This document shows, piece by piece, positions 1 to 12,754 of a stretch of 64,000 nucleotides of DNA. The position numbers and the translations under genes are program-made. The notes beneath the pieces are model-generated. The model had not been told where the DNA came from and searched no databases. It was given only the letters and a program-made list of their open reading frames with translations. Every line of letters starts with the position of its first letter. The first letter of the stretch is position 1. The DNA comes from Kondoa subrosea (taxonomy: Eukaryota): positions 186,001 through 250,000 of the forward strand of contig BCIN01000010.1 in assembly GCA_039545335.1 (NCBI GenBank). The letters run 5' to 3'.

Positions 1-712
1 CAATGAACTCCAATGGATGTCTTGCTTACCTTTCCATGATGCTGAATGGCTCGGAAGAGCCAGTATCTACTTTGTTATCGATCAGGACCGGAATCTTGTT
101 GGCAGACTTAGTACACTTTAGATATAGATGTAAAGGACGCATGACTGACTCTTCCATTTGGGTTCAACTGATTACAATTATCAAGATCATCTGAGTCGAA
201 CATCCTTCAGCTTACTTTGAGAAACCAATCTTCCTACACAACACGATCAGCACGATTCGAGCAACTAGATGGCAACCTACTTTCTGAACATTGGTAGTAA
301 TATCGATCACCTAAGCAACACATAATCAGCCTTTGGCGATAGTCTGACAGTCGGAATAGCTCACTTCGAATGAGAAGTCAGTTCCATACATCTCCTTCAT
401 CTCTGTTGCTAGTCAGCAGGCAATAATCACGTTTGTGAGAAGCTTGCCTTCGAGCGCGATTTGAAGTTCTGGTTTTCGACGCATTAGCTATACTCGAAGG
501 TGTTGTGACAGCAAAGACTGACTCTTTCCATTCGGGGTAGATTGAGTGATCTAGTCAGCGTTCAGCGTCAGCTTTGACAGAGTCCTTGAATTGATTAGCT
601 AACCATATGTAGATTCTTCTGCTCGGAACGAGGGACTTTCTGCTGTAGATCGCTACGATAGAGGTGTAAGATACGGCCAAATGAGTGTATATCAGCGGAC
701 TCACGATGCCAT
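1..712 (-). CDS. Glutathione S-transferase (Ure2/GST-like), 5' part; runs off the window start
   Basis: Micro-exons splice to MASDLQQKVPRSEQKNLHMITQSTPNG...VIDITTNVQK/EDWFLK/LNPNG/KIPVLID...SIME, the GST N-terminal thioredoxin-fold motifs; ATG at 712. Confidence 0.8.
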
Positions 713-2170
713 GTTCGACGTGAGGAGCAACAATAGTGACGTGAAATCTGGGGAAAATTGCATGCGAAGCGAAGGAGTTAAGTATCGATGGGAAGGAGGG
801 GACGCAGCACGAAAACAGCTGCCATAGAAGGATGATGCATTGCAACTGAAATATAACCCAACAATCCTATCTTTTGCTGAAAGTGCTCTACTCGGCTGGA
901 ACTTCAAGTTCGCCAGCGTTGCTGCGAAGACAATAAGCTCAACACAGTGTACTGAATCAAGTGAATCGCAACTCACATAGCCTCGATGATATCGTGCTAG
1001 CAGAAACCTGTAAGCGAAGAGTAACGAACGAAATGCGAAAATCTCACAGGAGGCTTTCCGTCAACCTGGCATCCAACAGATTGGCATGTACCCAAGATTC
1101 TATTACCAGTAAGAGGAGATCACATCAGCAAGTTAGATAGCATACTCTTTTACGGTTCCAGATAATTCTGCAGAGACCAAACATATTAGTAAGCAATTCT
1201 TAGGAATAGAGATACTTTGAGACCAACCTTTCGCCATCGACTTGAATCTCATTTTTCTGCTTATTTCTATGATCTGATCAAAGGGGATAGAGCCAGAGTG
1301 TTCTAGAGCGCGAAATGAGCTCAAAGAGGCATTTCGAGACAAAATCCAAACTTACTGATGTTCTTTTCCTTCTTTCGCTGTAAATTCACATCCAACTATC
1401 AGCATACATATCAAGCAGCAGTAGGCATGAGAACTCACGTCACGAGGAGGTTCTGTCCAAAGGGAAAAAGAAATGGTACAGCATCAACAAAGTGAATACC
1501 GACAACCAAATCACATGTATAAAGCACCTTTGAGAGCCTTGATGACTAATGAAGAAGCTGAAGGAACGACGGAAACTGCTGCTTGACGGTTCTGGATGGT
1601 GAGTTGAACAGTGACACGAAGACCTTTCCAGTCGCCGGTGGCTTTTGCGATATCTTCACCGACTTTCTTAGGGGCCTGTTACGTCCAAGGTAAGAATTAG
1701 TCAATGTTTGAGACTGATGACTTCGCGCTGAGACTGACAAGACCGAGAGGACCAATTTTACTAGACAGCCGAGCGTTATATCAGATACTGCATACACCTT
1801 GCTGCTACTGGACTCACGGAGCTAGAGCAGAGGAAGCTCCGACTTCACCACCTCTGATTAGCGAAATTCCATAAAATTAGCTATCCATTCAATACTTTCG
1901 AGCCCGGTGAACGAACGTAGCTCTCAGGTAGATGATTTTGATCTCATTGGGCTGTTCAAATAGAAGGAAAGAGCTCTGAGACTAATTTTTTGCAAGGGAC
2001 TCGAATTTGATGCTTACATCCATTTTTGGTGGCATTTTGGGCGAGTAACTGCGATATGAGGAAATTCAGCTACATAAGCATGCGAATAAGAGCTGTTGGA
2101 AGCAGTTCTTGACCCACGAGTAGGTTTAAAGAGGGTTACAAGCGGGTATTGGTCTGTTGCAACCTGTCAG
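610..2170. repeat. Copy A of a ~1.56 kb direct segmental duplication (GST 5' exons + RPL12 + ~135 bp upstream)
   Basis: Aligns by eye with 3841-5404 at an offset of ~3230 bp. Confidence 0.95.
888..2035 (-). CDS. RPL12: 60S ribosomal protein L12 (uL11), copy A, 12 exons
   Basis: Spliced [69 protein letters not shown]...[32 protein letters not shown]; splice sites intact. Confidence 0.95.
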
Positions 2171-2214
2171 TATACAGCAGATAATTGCTGTGTATTAGAG
2201 CGACAAACGGGAAC

Positions 2215-3840
2215 AGGATTCGTTCAAAGAAAGCTGGGTACGGATATTTTGGCGTTCCAAGAAAGTACGAGGATCAGTCATGATTCGCTCGCTGCCAAGT
2301 TGGAAAGCATCTTCGACTTCTGTAGCTTGCCATGCTTTTCCGCCGAACAGTGGTGCACCATCACCATCTTCGATAGGCGCACGCTTGGCTTTTGCGGGAT
2401 CCAGCGATACAAAGGCCAGAAACCGGAATCGATAGCCAATTTGGTTTCTTTGAGTACTTCCAAAGCTTTTGATGCACTATTGTCACCCTTGGGCAAGGAA
2501 GCAAGAATGATAGAAGGTCCATCAACTTTGTCGGCTTCGACGAAAGCGCGGACAGTCTGACTGTAGTCGCCATAAACAGCAACTGAAGCAACGTAGCGTT
2601 TCCATAATTCATGGCGAGCGTAAAGTCCAACATCCTTCTTCGCCCTTCTTTCACCATCTTGTACTGCTTCTGGTCCATCGGAAGGCTGAGAATCGGTTAC
2701 GAGAAGATTGACATTGACATTGCTTCGCAGAGCGTGGTGATCACCTATGTACCGAGATCGTAGGACCAAGCATCAGAGCCGATGATCCGGAGATGACTTG
2801 TTAGATGCTGAAGTCTGCAAGTCCAATTGAGAAAGAGCCGGACTTTCATCCAGAAGAGGTGTAATCTTGAATGCCAATGATGCATCACTCGGCAGGCTGG
2901 CCAATCCACAAGCAGCTTTTGAGCTCTGAAGATACCTCTGGACTATGGTTACAGAGCAAGATCGAACAGTGCTGGTCTGTTTGGTTTTCAATGACTGGGC
3001 GGCCAAAACTTTGCCAAGTTCGTGGTCTGGAAAAGTAGCAGGAATGCTTATTGAGGCTCCAGCATTCGGGTCGGAGGCCGCTTTATTCACTAATTCAAAA
3101 CGAGAAACGAGGACCAAAGGTGTTTTCGAGAATCTTGGTATATGCGGTTTCGTGCTTTGGCACTTTGAGTCCGGTAGAATAAGCAGAAGTTGGTACTATA
3201 GTTCTAACAAGGACGGTAGATGATGCAACAGATGATTCGGAAAGAAGGTCCATGAAGTCAGTAACAGCGTTTTTGGCATTGACGGTGCCGATTTTGCCCA
3301 AAGATCTGGAGATGATTTTCGGGTTTTCTGCCCGAGCTTCAACATCCTTGAGGGTAGAGAGGACGTCGAGGAAAAGAGGACTACCGAGCTTGGTTGTGCG
3401 AGTGCAGGCGTGCTCAAGAACAAGTATCCATTTAACAGATTCTGGACGAGAAGTCTTGTTGAGAAAGAAGTCTGGTTGAGAAGAGAGGCAAAACAAGAGA
3501 AAAAGAGGACCACCGAGCTTGGTTATGCGAGTGCAGGCGGGCTCAAGAACAAGTATCCATTTGACAGATATCGATTCTGGTACAAGAGAGAAGTCTTGTT
3601 GAGGACAGAAGCGAAACAAGAGATAGGGAGAGAAGTGCTGCTTCAGCTGGTAGTGTATTGGCTAGGACTTCGATAGATGAGGATCCAGCCAGAGCAATGA
3701 CCAGATCTGGTGGGAGAAGATGATCCATAATGTTTGACAGCTTCACCATCTCCGATCGATCTCGGCATCGAAGAGTAACTTGAGTCGACTGAAGTCTCAA
3801 CGGTTGCTGCTTGCACTCAACCGATTCGTCTGCCTCGTTG
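2215..3840 (-). pseudogene. MET5: Frameshifted internal fragment of sulfite reductase beta subunit
   Basis: Across shifting frames: KHETAYTKILE, IIGSDAWSYDLG*, NVNLLVTDSQP, KKDVGLY/AMNYGNA/YVASVAVYGDYSQ, GPSIILA, LKETKLAIDSGFWPLYRW, FQLGSERI..FLERQN; several indels and a stop; no flavodoxin or siroheme domain. Confidence 0.85.
3371..3622. repeat. Imperfect ~129-bp tandem duplication inside the MET5 remnant
   Basis: aaaagaggac..ccgagcttggtt.tgcgagtgcaggcg.gctcaagaacaagtatccattt.acagat occurs at 3372 and 3501. Confidence 0.9.
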
Positions 3841-5404
3841 TAGATCCTTCTGTTCGGAACGAGGGACTCTCTGCTGTAAATCGCTACGATAGAGGTGTAA
3901 GATCGGCCAAATGAGTGTATAACAGCGGACTCACGATGCCATCTTCGACGTGAGGAGCAAACAATAGTGACGCAAAATCTGGGGCAAGTCGAATTAAACC
4001 AAAAGGGTAGACATAACGAGTACAGGCAAGGGACGCAACACGAAAAGAGTCGCTATGGTAGGATGATGCATTGCAACTGAATACAACCCAACAATCCTAT
4101 CTTTTGCTGAAAGTGCTCTATTCGGCTGGAACTTCAAGTTCGCCGGCGTTGCTGCGAAGACAATAAGCTCAACACAGTGTACTGAACCAAGCGAAATGCA
4201 ACTCACATAGCCTCGATGATATCGTGCTACAAGAAACATGTAAGCGAATGATAATAACTGGAGATGCGAAAAACTCACAGGAGGCTTTCCGTCAACTTGG
4301 CATCCAACAGATTGGCATGTACCCAAGATTCTATTACTCAGTAAGAAGAGAACACATCAGCGAGGTAGATAGCATACTCTTTTACGGTTCCAGATAATTC
4401 TGCAAAAGACCGAAAGTATTACTAAGCAATCCAAAAGCATCTGAATACATTGAGACCAACCTCGAGCCATAGATTTGAATCTCATTTTGCGGGCTATGTC
4501 GATTATCTGATCAAAGGGGATAGAGCCAGAGTGTTCTAGAGCGAGAAATGAGCTCAAAAAGGCATTTCGAGATAAAATCTGAACGTACTGATGTTCTTTT
4601 CCTTCTTTCGCTGTGAAATCAAGCGCATCTTATTAGCCTGCATATCACAGCAGTAAGCGTGAGAACTCACGTCACGAGGAGGTTCTGTCCAAAAGGAAAA
4701 AAGAAATGGTACAGCATCAACAAAGTGAATACCGACAACCAGATCACATGTACAAAGCACCTTTGAGAGCCTTGATGACTAATGAAGAAGCTGAAGGAAC
4801 GACGGAAACTGCTGCTTGACGGTTTTGAATGGTGAGTTGAACAGTGACACGAAGACCTTTCCAGTCGCCGGTGGCTTTTGCGATATCTTCGCCGACTTTC
4901 TTAGGGGCCTGTTATGTTCAAAGCAACAATCAATCAATGTTTGAGACTGATGACTTCGCGCTGAGACTAACAAGACCGAGAGGACCAATTTTGCTAGACG
5001 GATGAATAATACATCAGATACTGTATATGCTTTTGCTGATGCTGAACTTACGGAGCTAGAGCAGAAGAAGCTCCGACTTCACCACCTCTGATTAGCGAGA
5101 TTCCATAAAATTAGCTATCCATTCAATACTTTCGAGCCCAATGAACGAACGTAGCCCTCAGGTAGATGATTTTGATCTCATTGGGCTGTTCAAATAGAAG
5201 GAAAGAGCTCTGAGACTAATTTTTTGCAAGGGACTCGAATTTGATGCTTACATCCATTTTTGGTGGCATTTTGGGCGAGTAACTGCGATATGAGGAAATT
5301 CAGCTACATAAGCATGCGAATAAGAGCTGTTGGAAGCAGTTCTTGACCCACGAGTTGGTTTAAAGAGGGTTACAAGCGGGTGTTGGTCTGTTGCAAGCTG
5401 TCAG
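3841..5404. repeat. Copy B of the ~1.56 kb direct duplication
   Basis: Matches 610-2170; includes orphan GST exons 1-2 (MASDLQQRVPRSEQKDL) at ~3841-3942. Confidence 0.95.
4118..5269 (-). CDS. RPL12: 60S ribosomal protein L12 (uL11), copy B, 12 exons
   Basis: Same exon structure as copy A, intact; head-to-head with RACK1. Confidence 0.95.
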
Positions 5405-5620
5405 GACGCTGCCTGGTATGGTATGCAACACGTCTACTCACGGAAGCGAGGAGATGTCAACACTTTGAGGTCAAGGGTCTTCCTGCGAAGACCGCATAAA
5501 TTGCCACCCTGCGCAACAAAATTCGAGTTTTTCTGAATATCGCTCTTCCCTTCACCAACCTTGTAAGCTCTGCGCTGCTGACACCGCAATCGCGTCCTGA
5601 TCTGTCTCCTGTGCAGCAAT

Positions 5621-7124
5621 ATGTCTGAAGTAAGCTACTTATCGTCAAATACCGATAGAGCAACTTTCTGACCTGCATGGACAGTCACTTGTCTTCAAAG
5701 GGTGAGCAGCTCCCGCAAATAGACGGACGCATTTGCATCGAACTTACGCGAAAATTTCATCCAGAGAGCTCGCCGGCCACAGTGGATGGGTCACTGCTAT
5801 TGCAACCTCTCGTATGTGATTTTTTTGGTCTAACCTGGTTACATTTGATTGTTCTAACGCTTTCTTGCAGCTGAAAACCCAGACATGATCTTGACTGCCT
5901 CTCGTGACAAGACCATCATGGTCTGGCAGCTCACTCGTGAAGATGGGGAATACGGTTACCCAAAAAAGTCTCTTCACGGCCACAACGGCTTCGTCTCTGA
6001 CGTTGTCATCTCTTCTGACGGTCAATTCGCTCTTTCCGCTTCATGGGACAAGACTCTTCGTCTTTGGGATCTCAACACTGGTCTCACCACCCGTCGATTC
6101 GTCGGTCACACCAAGGATGTTCTCTCAGTCTCCTTCTCCGCTGACAACAGACAAATCGTCTCTGGTTCTCGTGACAAGACCATCAAGTTGTGGAACACTC
6201 TTGGTGAATGCAAATTTGAAATCAAGGATGAAGGTCACACCGAATGGGTTTCCTGCGTTCGCTTCTCACCTAACCCAATGAACCCTGTCATTGTTTCAGC
6301 CGGCTGGGACAAAGTCGTCAAGGCGAGTTTCGATTCCTTTTTGGTCTTTCTTACCATTTCTTCCATTTTCGAGTGATGATTTCTATACACTTGTTATATT
6401 ATATTTGCTACTTCAGAAGGGGCAATCTACCTCTCATGAGAATATCTAATTATCCACCAAGATCTCTGACTCTTTACATTCTTCGCAATTTCCACAAAAT
6501 TTGCTGTAATGTGTTGCTAATACGTATTTGATGGATAGGTTTGGGAATTGTCAAAGTGCAAACTCCGCACCAACCACTTCGGTCACACTGGTTACATCAC
6601 CACCGTCACTGTTTCACCTGATGGTTCGCTTTGCGCTTCAGGAGGAAAGGATGGCAGTAAGTCTCTTTGCTTCTTCTTTTTCAAAACCTTCAGCTAACGT
6701 GACTGGTCAGTCACCATGCTTTGGGATTTGAACGAGGGCAAGCACTTGTACTCTCTGGAAGCTGGAGACATTATCAACGCTCTCACTTTCTCACCAAACC
6801 GGTTTGTTCAAGTGTTGTTGTGCAATTTCGTGTATGCTCACACTATATCCTTGAATGGACAGATACTGGTTGTGTGCTGCTACCGCATCAAGCATCAAAA
6901 TCTTCGACTTGGAATCCAAATCCATTGTTGATGAACTCAAGCCTGAGTTCAACTTGGGACCCAAAGCTCAAGTACCTCAATGCGTTTCTTTGGCTTGGTC
7001 AGCTGATGGTCAAACTTTGTTCGCTGGTATGTTCCTCTTTTCGGAGCATGAGAAGTGACGGGAGACCTGATGTTCTGTAATAGGTTACACCGACAACTTG
7101 GTCAGAGTTTTCGTTGTTGTCTAA
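5621..7124 (+). CDS. ASC1: 40S ribosomal protein RACK1 / G-beta-like WD40 protein
   Basis: [105 protein letters not shown]. Confidence 0.97.
6371..6472 (+). ncRNA. SNR24: Intronic box C/D snoRNA U24 (snR24)
   Basis: In an unusually long RACK1 intron (6323-6538): C box GTGATGA, guide TATTTGCTACTT + D' CAGA, guide CACCAAGATCT + D box CTGA, terminal GAG/CTC stem; matches my recollection of yeast snR24, which lies in the ASC1 intron. Confidence 0.9.
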
Positions 7125-7960
7125 ATGCAGCATAGCGAGTCGTAGGGATGGATGGAGGAAACAAAAAAAGCATAACTAGCATGCGGTTTAGGCTAGAAAT
7201 TTCATATTTCTCTTTGGGTCTCTTTTCCCAGAGTTAAAACTGCCCTTTGCTTTGCGTCTTTGCATTCCTTGCGCCCCTCTTACTCTTTTCAATGATCTAT
7301 TCATTCTTCTCGTGTCTCTTGCTTTCATTCCCTACCTTTGTCTTTTCGCTATAGATCCCTGTGCATCTCTCTATCTTCAGTATCTGTCTGCTACTTGTCT
7401 CGGATGGGTGCGTCAATGGCAAACTCATGATGCAAAGCAAAGATGGTGTCCTTAAGCAAGGATTGTCTTGCTTCTAGCGTTGCGGAGCAGAAGTAGCTTG
7501 ATGTGCTGATGTCTAAAAGGTACATGTCTCCCAGAGCAAAGTAAGTAGATTGCACTGTGATTCCTCGTTCGGGCCAGAAGGATCACTGCACTGCAGGTAG
7601 TCGTACATCTATGATTTCAGCCTCAAGCAAGAAGAGTTAAGAACCCTTCGAAAGATCAAGATACTGCCCGAGCTTTCGAAGATACTGCAGCGGGACCCTT
7701 TCACACAGAGAGAAAGAAGCGAGGCAACATAACTTAAGATAGCGAATGCTTAGGATGGGCAGACTGCCAGACAATAGTCATTTTGCATCCCGCGCAGATG
7801 CTTAGCTTAGCGCGTGTAGTCAGATTCAAAGGAGAGTCTAGGATACATGAGCAGACTTATACAGGAAACATGGCTGATGGTGATCAATAGCCTCATTGAA
7901 ACAATTCCGACCTTATACATTCTTGTTCCCAAACCATTCACTTGCTCTGCGTCAAGTCAA

Positions 7961-10034
7961 ATGTCAGACTTTGATGAAGAGCTCTTAGGGCTCTTGGACG
8001 ATCAACCAGCCAAGAAGAAGAAATCCAAGTCTTCCAAATCCAAGAAACCTTCAACCGGTGAAAGCAAGAAACGGAAACGAGCTCCTGCTGTGAATAAAGA
8101 TGAAGGCGTCGGTGCTGGTGGGGGATCTGATATGGACTTATCTGATGGTTCTAGTGATGCTGAACCCCCTCCAAGAACTTCTCGAGTCCAAGATGATGAA
8201 CAAGAGGAGCAAGTCGAGGAAAGTGAAGATGAGACTTATGTCAATCCTTACCCTTTCGAAGGCAAATACAAGGATGCTAGTGATAAGAACAAGTGAGCAT
8301 TCTACTGCACTACAGCTGCCTAAACAAGTCTAAACATGGATGGGGATAGACTAATGAACATGTCTGAATTGGATCGGGAATCTGAATTGTCTAGAAGAGC
8401 AGAAGAAGCAGATAAGATTAAAGAACGTATTGAAGTACGCAAAATGGCCAAAAGGTTGCATTCAGGTCCTTCTACCAGTAATCGACAATCTCAACAAGAT
8501 GCTACCAAACGTTCTTCTAGACAAGTCAAAGCTACTGGTACCACTGAAGCTAAGAGTAAAGGCTTAGAGAAGCTCAAGCAGACTAGGGAGAAGAAGAAAC
8601 GCAAGGCAGAACAGGTAAGTATCCCCTCTTTCAATACTTTCACTTGCTATTTTGCTCATACGCGTTCTTAGGGCTCTGATTCGGATGGCGATTACGGACC
8701 AGAAAAACGTAAACCAGCTTCTTTCTCTTCCGAAGCAGAATCAGAGGAAGGTGAAATCGATTCCGATGATGATCGTCGCAACAGGCGAGGCAAGAAGGGA
8801 GATAAGAAGAGAAAGGTCGAGAAGGAACCTGCTTCTCAAGCTGAATTGAAGAAGATTTGGTTACCGAGATCTAGATTGGCTCAATTGTGGCCTAAACCTT
8901 GGTTTGAAGAATACGTCAAAGGTGAATCAAGTCGTACTATTCTCTTCCTTCACAGAACTAATATCGCGTAGGCACTTTTGTTCGCTTTCTGGTTGGCAAC
9001 AGCGATGTTACCAAGGACCCTGTTTATAGACTCTGCGAAGTCATCGGTTTGGGCGAACCGTCTCGAGAAGTCTATCAGCTCGAAAAGCACAAGACGGATG
9101 TTAAGCTTCAGATCAAACTCGGCAAGGACAAGAATGTAGTCAGAATGGAGCTCATGAGCAATTCAGAGTTTACAGATGTTTGTCTCTATTCGTAATTCCG
9201 CTTGCATCGCTTGCTGAAGCTCTTTATCACACTCAGAAAGAATACATCTTCTGGCTCAATACTCTTGGCGCTGCCGATATATCACTGCCAGCTAGAGATG
9301 TAGTTTTGAAGAAAGCTGAAGATTTGGCTAAAAGAAATACTGAAACCGCTTTGACTGAAGCTGACACTCAAGTCATCTTATCCAAGAAAGGAGTGAACCC
9401 ACAGAAACAAAACCCAGTCTTATACAAAGCTACTCTTACTTCCCGTATTGACGCCGCTCGTGCATCAAGTGATGTCCAACCTGAAGAATTAGCTAAAATG
9501 GAATCGGAATTACAACAACTCAACGGAGGAGTTCCATCTTCTGCTAAACCTTCTGCACCTCCTTCTGGTGCTACTACACCCACCAAAACTGGTTATGCTT
9601 CACCTGTACCTACACCAGAGAAACCGGCAAATATGGCTTCCCTCAATGCGAGAAACAAGAAGTTGAACAGAGAAGAGATTAGAAGAGCAGAGTTGGCGCA
9701 GATTGAATTGAGGAAGAAGCAAGCTGCGGATGGAAGTATGAAAGTTGATCCTAGTGCTAGAGTGAGAACGACCGTCCGAGTTATGCATGATGTTCGGTCA
9801 GTTAAAAGTGTTTGCTTTATCGAGGGATATTTGGCTGAGGTAGCCGAACAGCGCTGGAACGCCAGATGTGAACGAAAGAGCTTCACCTGCTCCTTTGGCG
9901 AGCGGTATTACTCCTGCCATGAAACAGGCTTCGAAGATTGAAGTACGTTCTCCTTGCGTTGTGCCATTTCAATGCTCTGATTATTGTTGCAGGATATTGC
10001 TGGACAGATGGACGTAGATTTGGGGGATTTCTGA
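7961..10034 (+). CDS. RTF1: Paf1 complex subunit Rtf1 (Plus3 domain)
   Basis: NPYPFEGKYKDASDK..LMNMSELDRESELSRR; KPWFEEYVKGTFVRFLVG..PVYRLCEV; C-terminal MDVDLGDF*. Confidence 0.88.
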
Positions 10035-10172
10035 GGAACAGTATCATCGCAGCATTGTATATATCTTAAATCCATAGTCTTGAAAGTGTCATGTTCTGCA
10101 TTGCAATGCACTCATTATTCGCATCATACACTTGAGTAACTACAGTCTAATGACATACTAACAGCTCGGTCC

Positions 10173-12754
10173 CTACTTCTCAGCCAGAGCAACGGGCCGA
10201 GCCTTTCTCGGGATTGAATACTTATGCCTGATAGCTTGACCTTTGATTTGCAGCAGAGGAATAATTAAGACGAAGAGGCCAACAACGATGGCAGCTTCCA
10301 CGCCAAATGTTTGAGATGCGCCATGCGTTTCAGCCCATTCGACCTGTTTTAAGGAAATGAAATCCCAATTGAGTCTTCCTGGTCACAAAGAGACGCAAGT
10401 CAGGTGTCCAACGGACCTGAAAGTAGGGCACTGCGAAGCCTCCAAGTGTCCTCCAAAAGTTGATCAACTACTTTTGCGTGAGTTTTGATCGGTCGAATGT
10501 GGTCAATCGACTCACTGCACTGGTTTCTCCTTGAAACAGAGGGAACGCGTTGTTGAGATAGTTGTAGATCGCCACTGTAGACATAAGAATAGCGGCTTCT
10601 GCTATGAGCCAACCCATAACCAGACCTCCCACGTTCAACTTGTATTGGAAGCAAAAGCCAAGAGTTACGAATCCAGCGACAAAGAAAGGTAAAGCGATAT
10701 ACAGAGTCCACAGACGCATTTCTGCCATGAAACTTTTGGACACCAGATCAGGCAACATTCATGAAAATAGGGTAAGCGATGCCTACACTCCGGAGTTGCG
10801 CTTTGTCAACCTTTTCGCAATCGCATCGTTCAGATAGCCGCCAAGCAGCTCGCCAACCAGGACACCAAAGACGGGAGCGAAATACGTTCCAGCTTGCTGA
10901 TCTGGCGTTAGCCCATAGCCGATAGGTCTTGGAGAGCCGACGAAGACAGCATTGGCTGATAATTTGTCCATCAGCAACAGACAAAAGAAGTCGACGAGCA
11001 TGTCCACATACTGACGTTGATTCCGATACTGTCTTGGTGTCAAACAATGGAACTAAAAGATGATTATAGACATACCCGAAGCCGAACACAGCTAAAATAT
11101 ATACGCCACATAGAACAGCTTGAGCTGTAGGCCCAGTCAGCTTCCGACTGAGACACGAATTGTTGATCTTACGTCGCCAGAAAACGTTAAAGATGTCGAA
11201 CGTTATCTCTCCCCCTGTACGAGGAAATGCATTATTAGCAATGGTAGTTAAGAGATGACGCCAGAAACCCATAACTTACATCCTGGTCGATACTTTTTCA
11301 TCTTGAATGCCGTAATGCCGACCAAGTCTTCGATTCGTCGGCGTAGACCAACAGAATTCGGTCGAGGTATAGGCCTCAAGTGCCTGTCATACATGCTGTA
11401 CAAACATGTCAGCACATATTTGGTGCTTCCAATCTTGTGTAGCATACGTTTCTCGCTGTCATCGAGCATTATTAGCCAGAAACAAAGTTTAGAACTGAGC
11501 ATACAGCGAAGAAGACGATCAAGCAGATGACCACGAACTATATATCGAGCGAGCACCATCAGAACAGCTTCGTTGACTCTGGGATGATGTAACTCACATC
11601 ATAAATACACCCAAAACCGTATATCCATCTCCAGGTTGTTCGGCTCGCCATGAAGCCTAGAACTGAAGGTCCGAAGAACGGTGATATGATGAAGGCAAGG
11701 TTCCATAAGTTGATTTTTCTTGCTTGATCATGGAAGAAGAACATCTGTACATGCCAGGGAATTGTACGTCAGTAAAGCAGGAGGATACTTAAGAAGCAGA
11801 GATTGCACAAACGTCGCAAATAGTATACAGCCCAAGTACCTGCGGAGCAGTTTGAAAGGTCGCTTGCAGAATACGGCAAGCAGCGAAGGTCCCAAGAGTC
11901 TGTGACACTGTGCAACCAATAGTAAAGCCTACAGCAATCGAGGGAATCGCGTTCAGCAGCTAGTTCTCAGTGATGAAACAGAAGTAGACACACCTAACCC
12001 GATCAGCTGTCCCCAGAACAAGACAGGAAGTCGTCCGAAGCGTTTCACAAGGGCAACCACCACTGATAGCGGATTAGCTCCATAAGATCCTGCTTTGACA
12101 TGAAATACCTGGCGAAGCTAGACCAAGCATAAGAATACTCCAATTACTGGCGTTGCTATTAGCTCCAAAAGACCTGGCGTGAGGAACAACATACGAAGAG
12201 ACATTATTGACATGATTTACGTTTGTATCGAATTGTGCAGCCAGAGGGAAGAGGGAAGCGATTCCTAACGACGAGTTCATATCGGGAACTGCACCACATG
12301 AGCAAAGAAAACAAGCTATTGATAGGTAACTAAGGACATACCGAATGCGGCAGCAGCGAGGATGAATAGCTGGAAGTTCTTCTTGAAGTTTGACCACTAT
12401 AAGACGTCATGAGACTTGAATATGCCATCAACATAGAGTCTCGCACATTCAGGGGATCGTCGGCATTGGAAGTAGGCTGAGGCCATAATATGGTTGTGCC
12501 ATCGGATGTCTATGGTTGAGGAGTATAGTTCTGAGTTGCCCAGTGCTACACTGAAGAGGATCTTGACATACGGTCTTGAGTCTAGAAGAGATATCTGGAC
12601 CAAACTCCCGACTGGCCTCTTCTGGATCCACTACAAGTCGACCATCCTCGGATGAGAATCCATGCTTCTCTGCGAGTTCGTGGAAGTTTACATCAGGGTC
12701 ATCAATCAAGGATAATTGAGACAGCTGTTTCTTGGGTTTCGCTCCTTCTTCCAT
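10173..12754 (-). CDS. MFS transporter (HOL1/DHA1-like), multi-exon
   Basis: KRFGRLPVLFW, DMFFFHDQARKINLWNLAFIISPFFGPSVLG, WRWIYGFG, MAEMRLW; many TM segments. Confidence 0.85.

Noticed and set aside
2171..3840. LTR retrotransposon (long direct repeats flanking an interior)
   Set aside because: The repeats are host genes and the interior is MET5-derived; no gag/pol, PBS or TG..CA ends.
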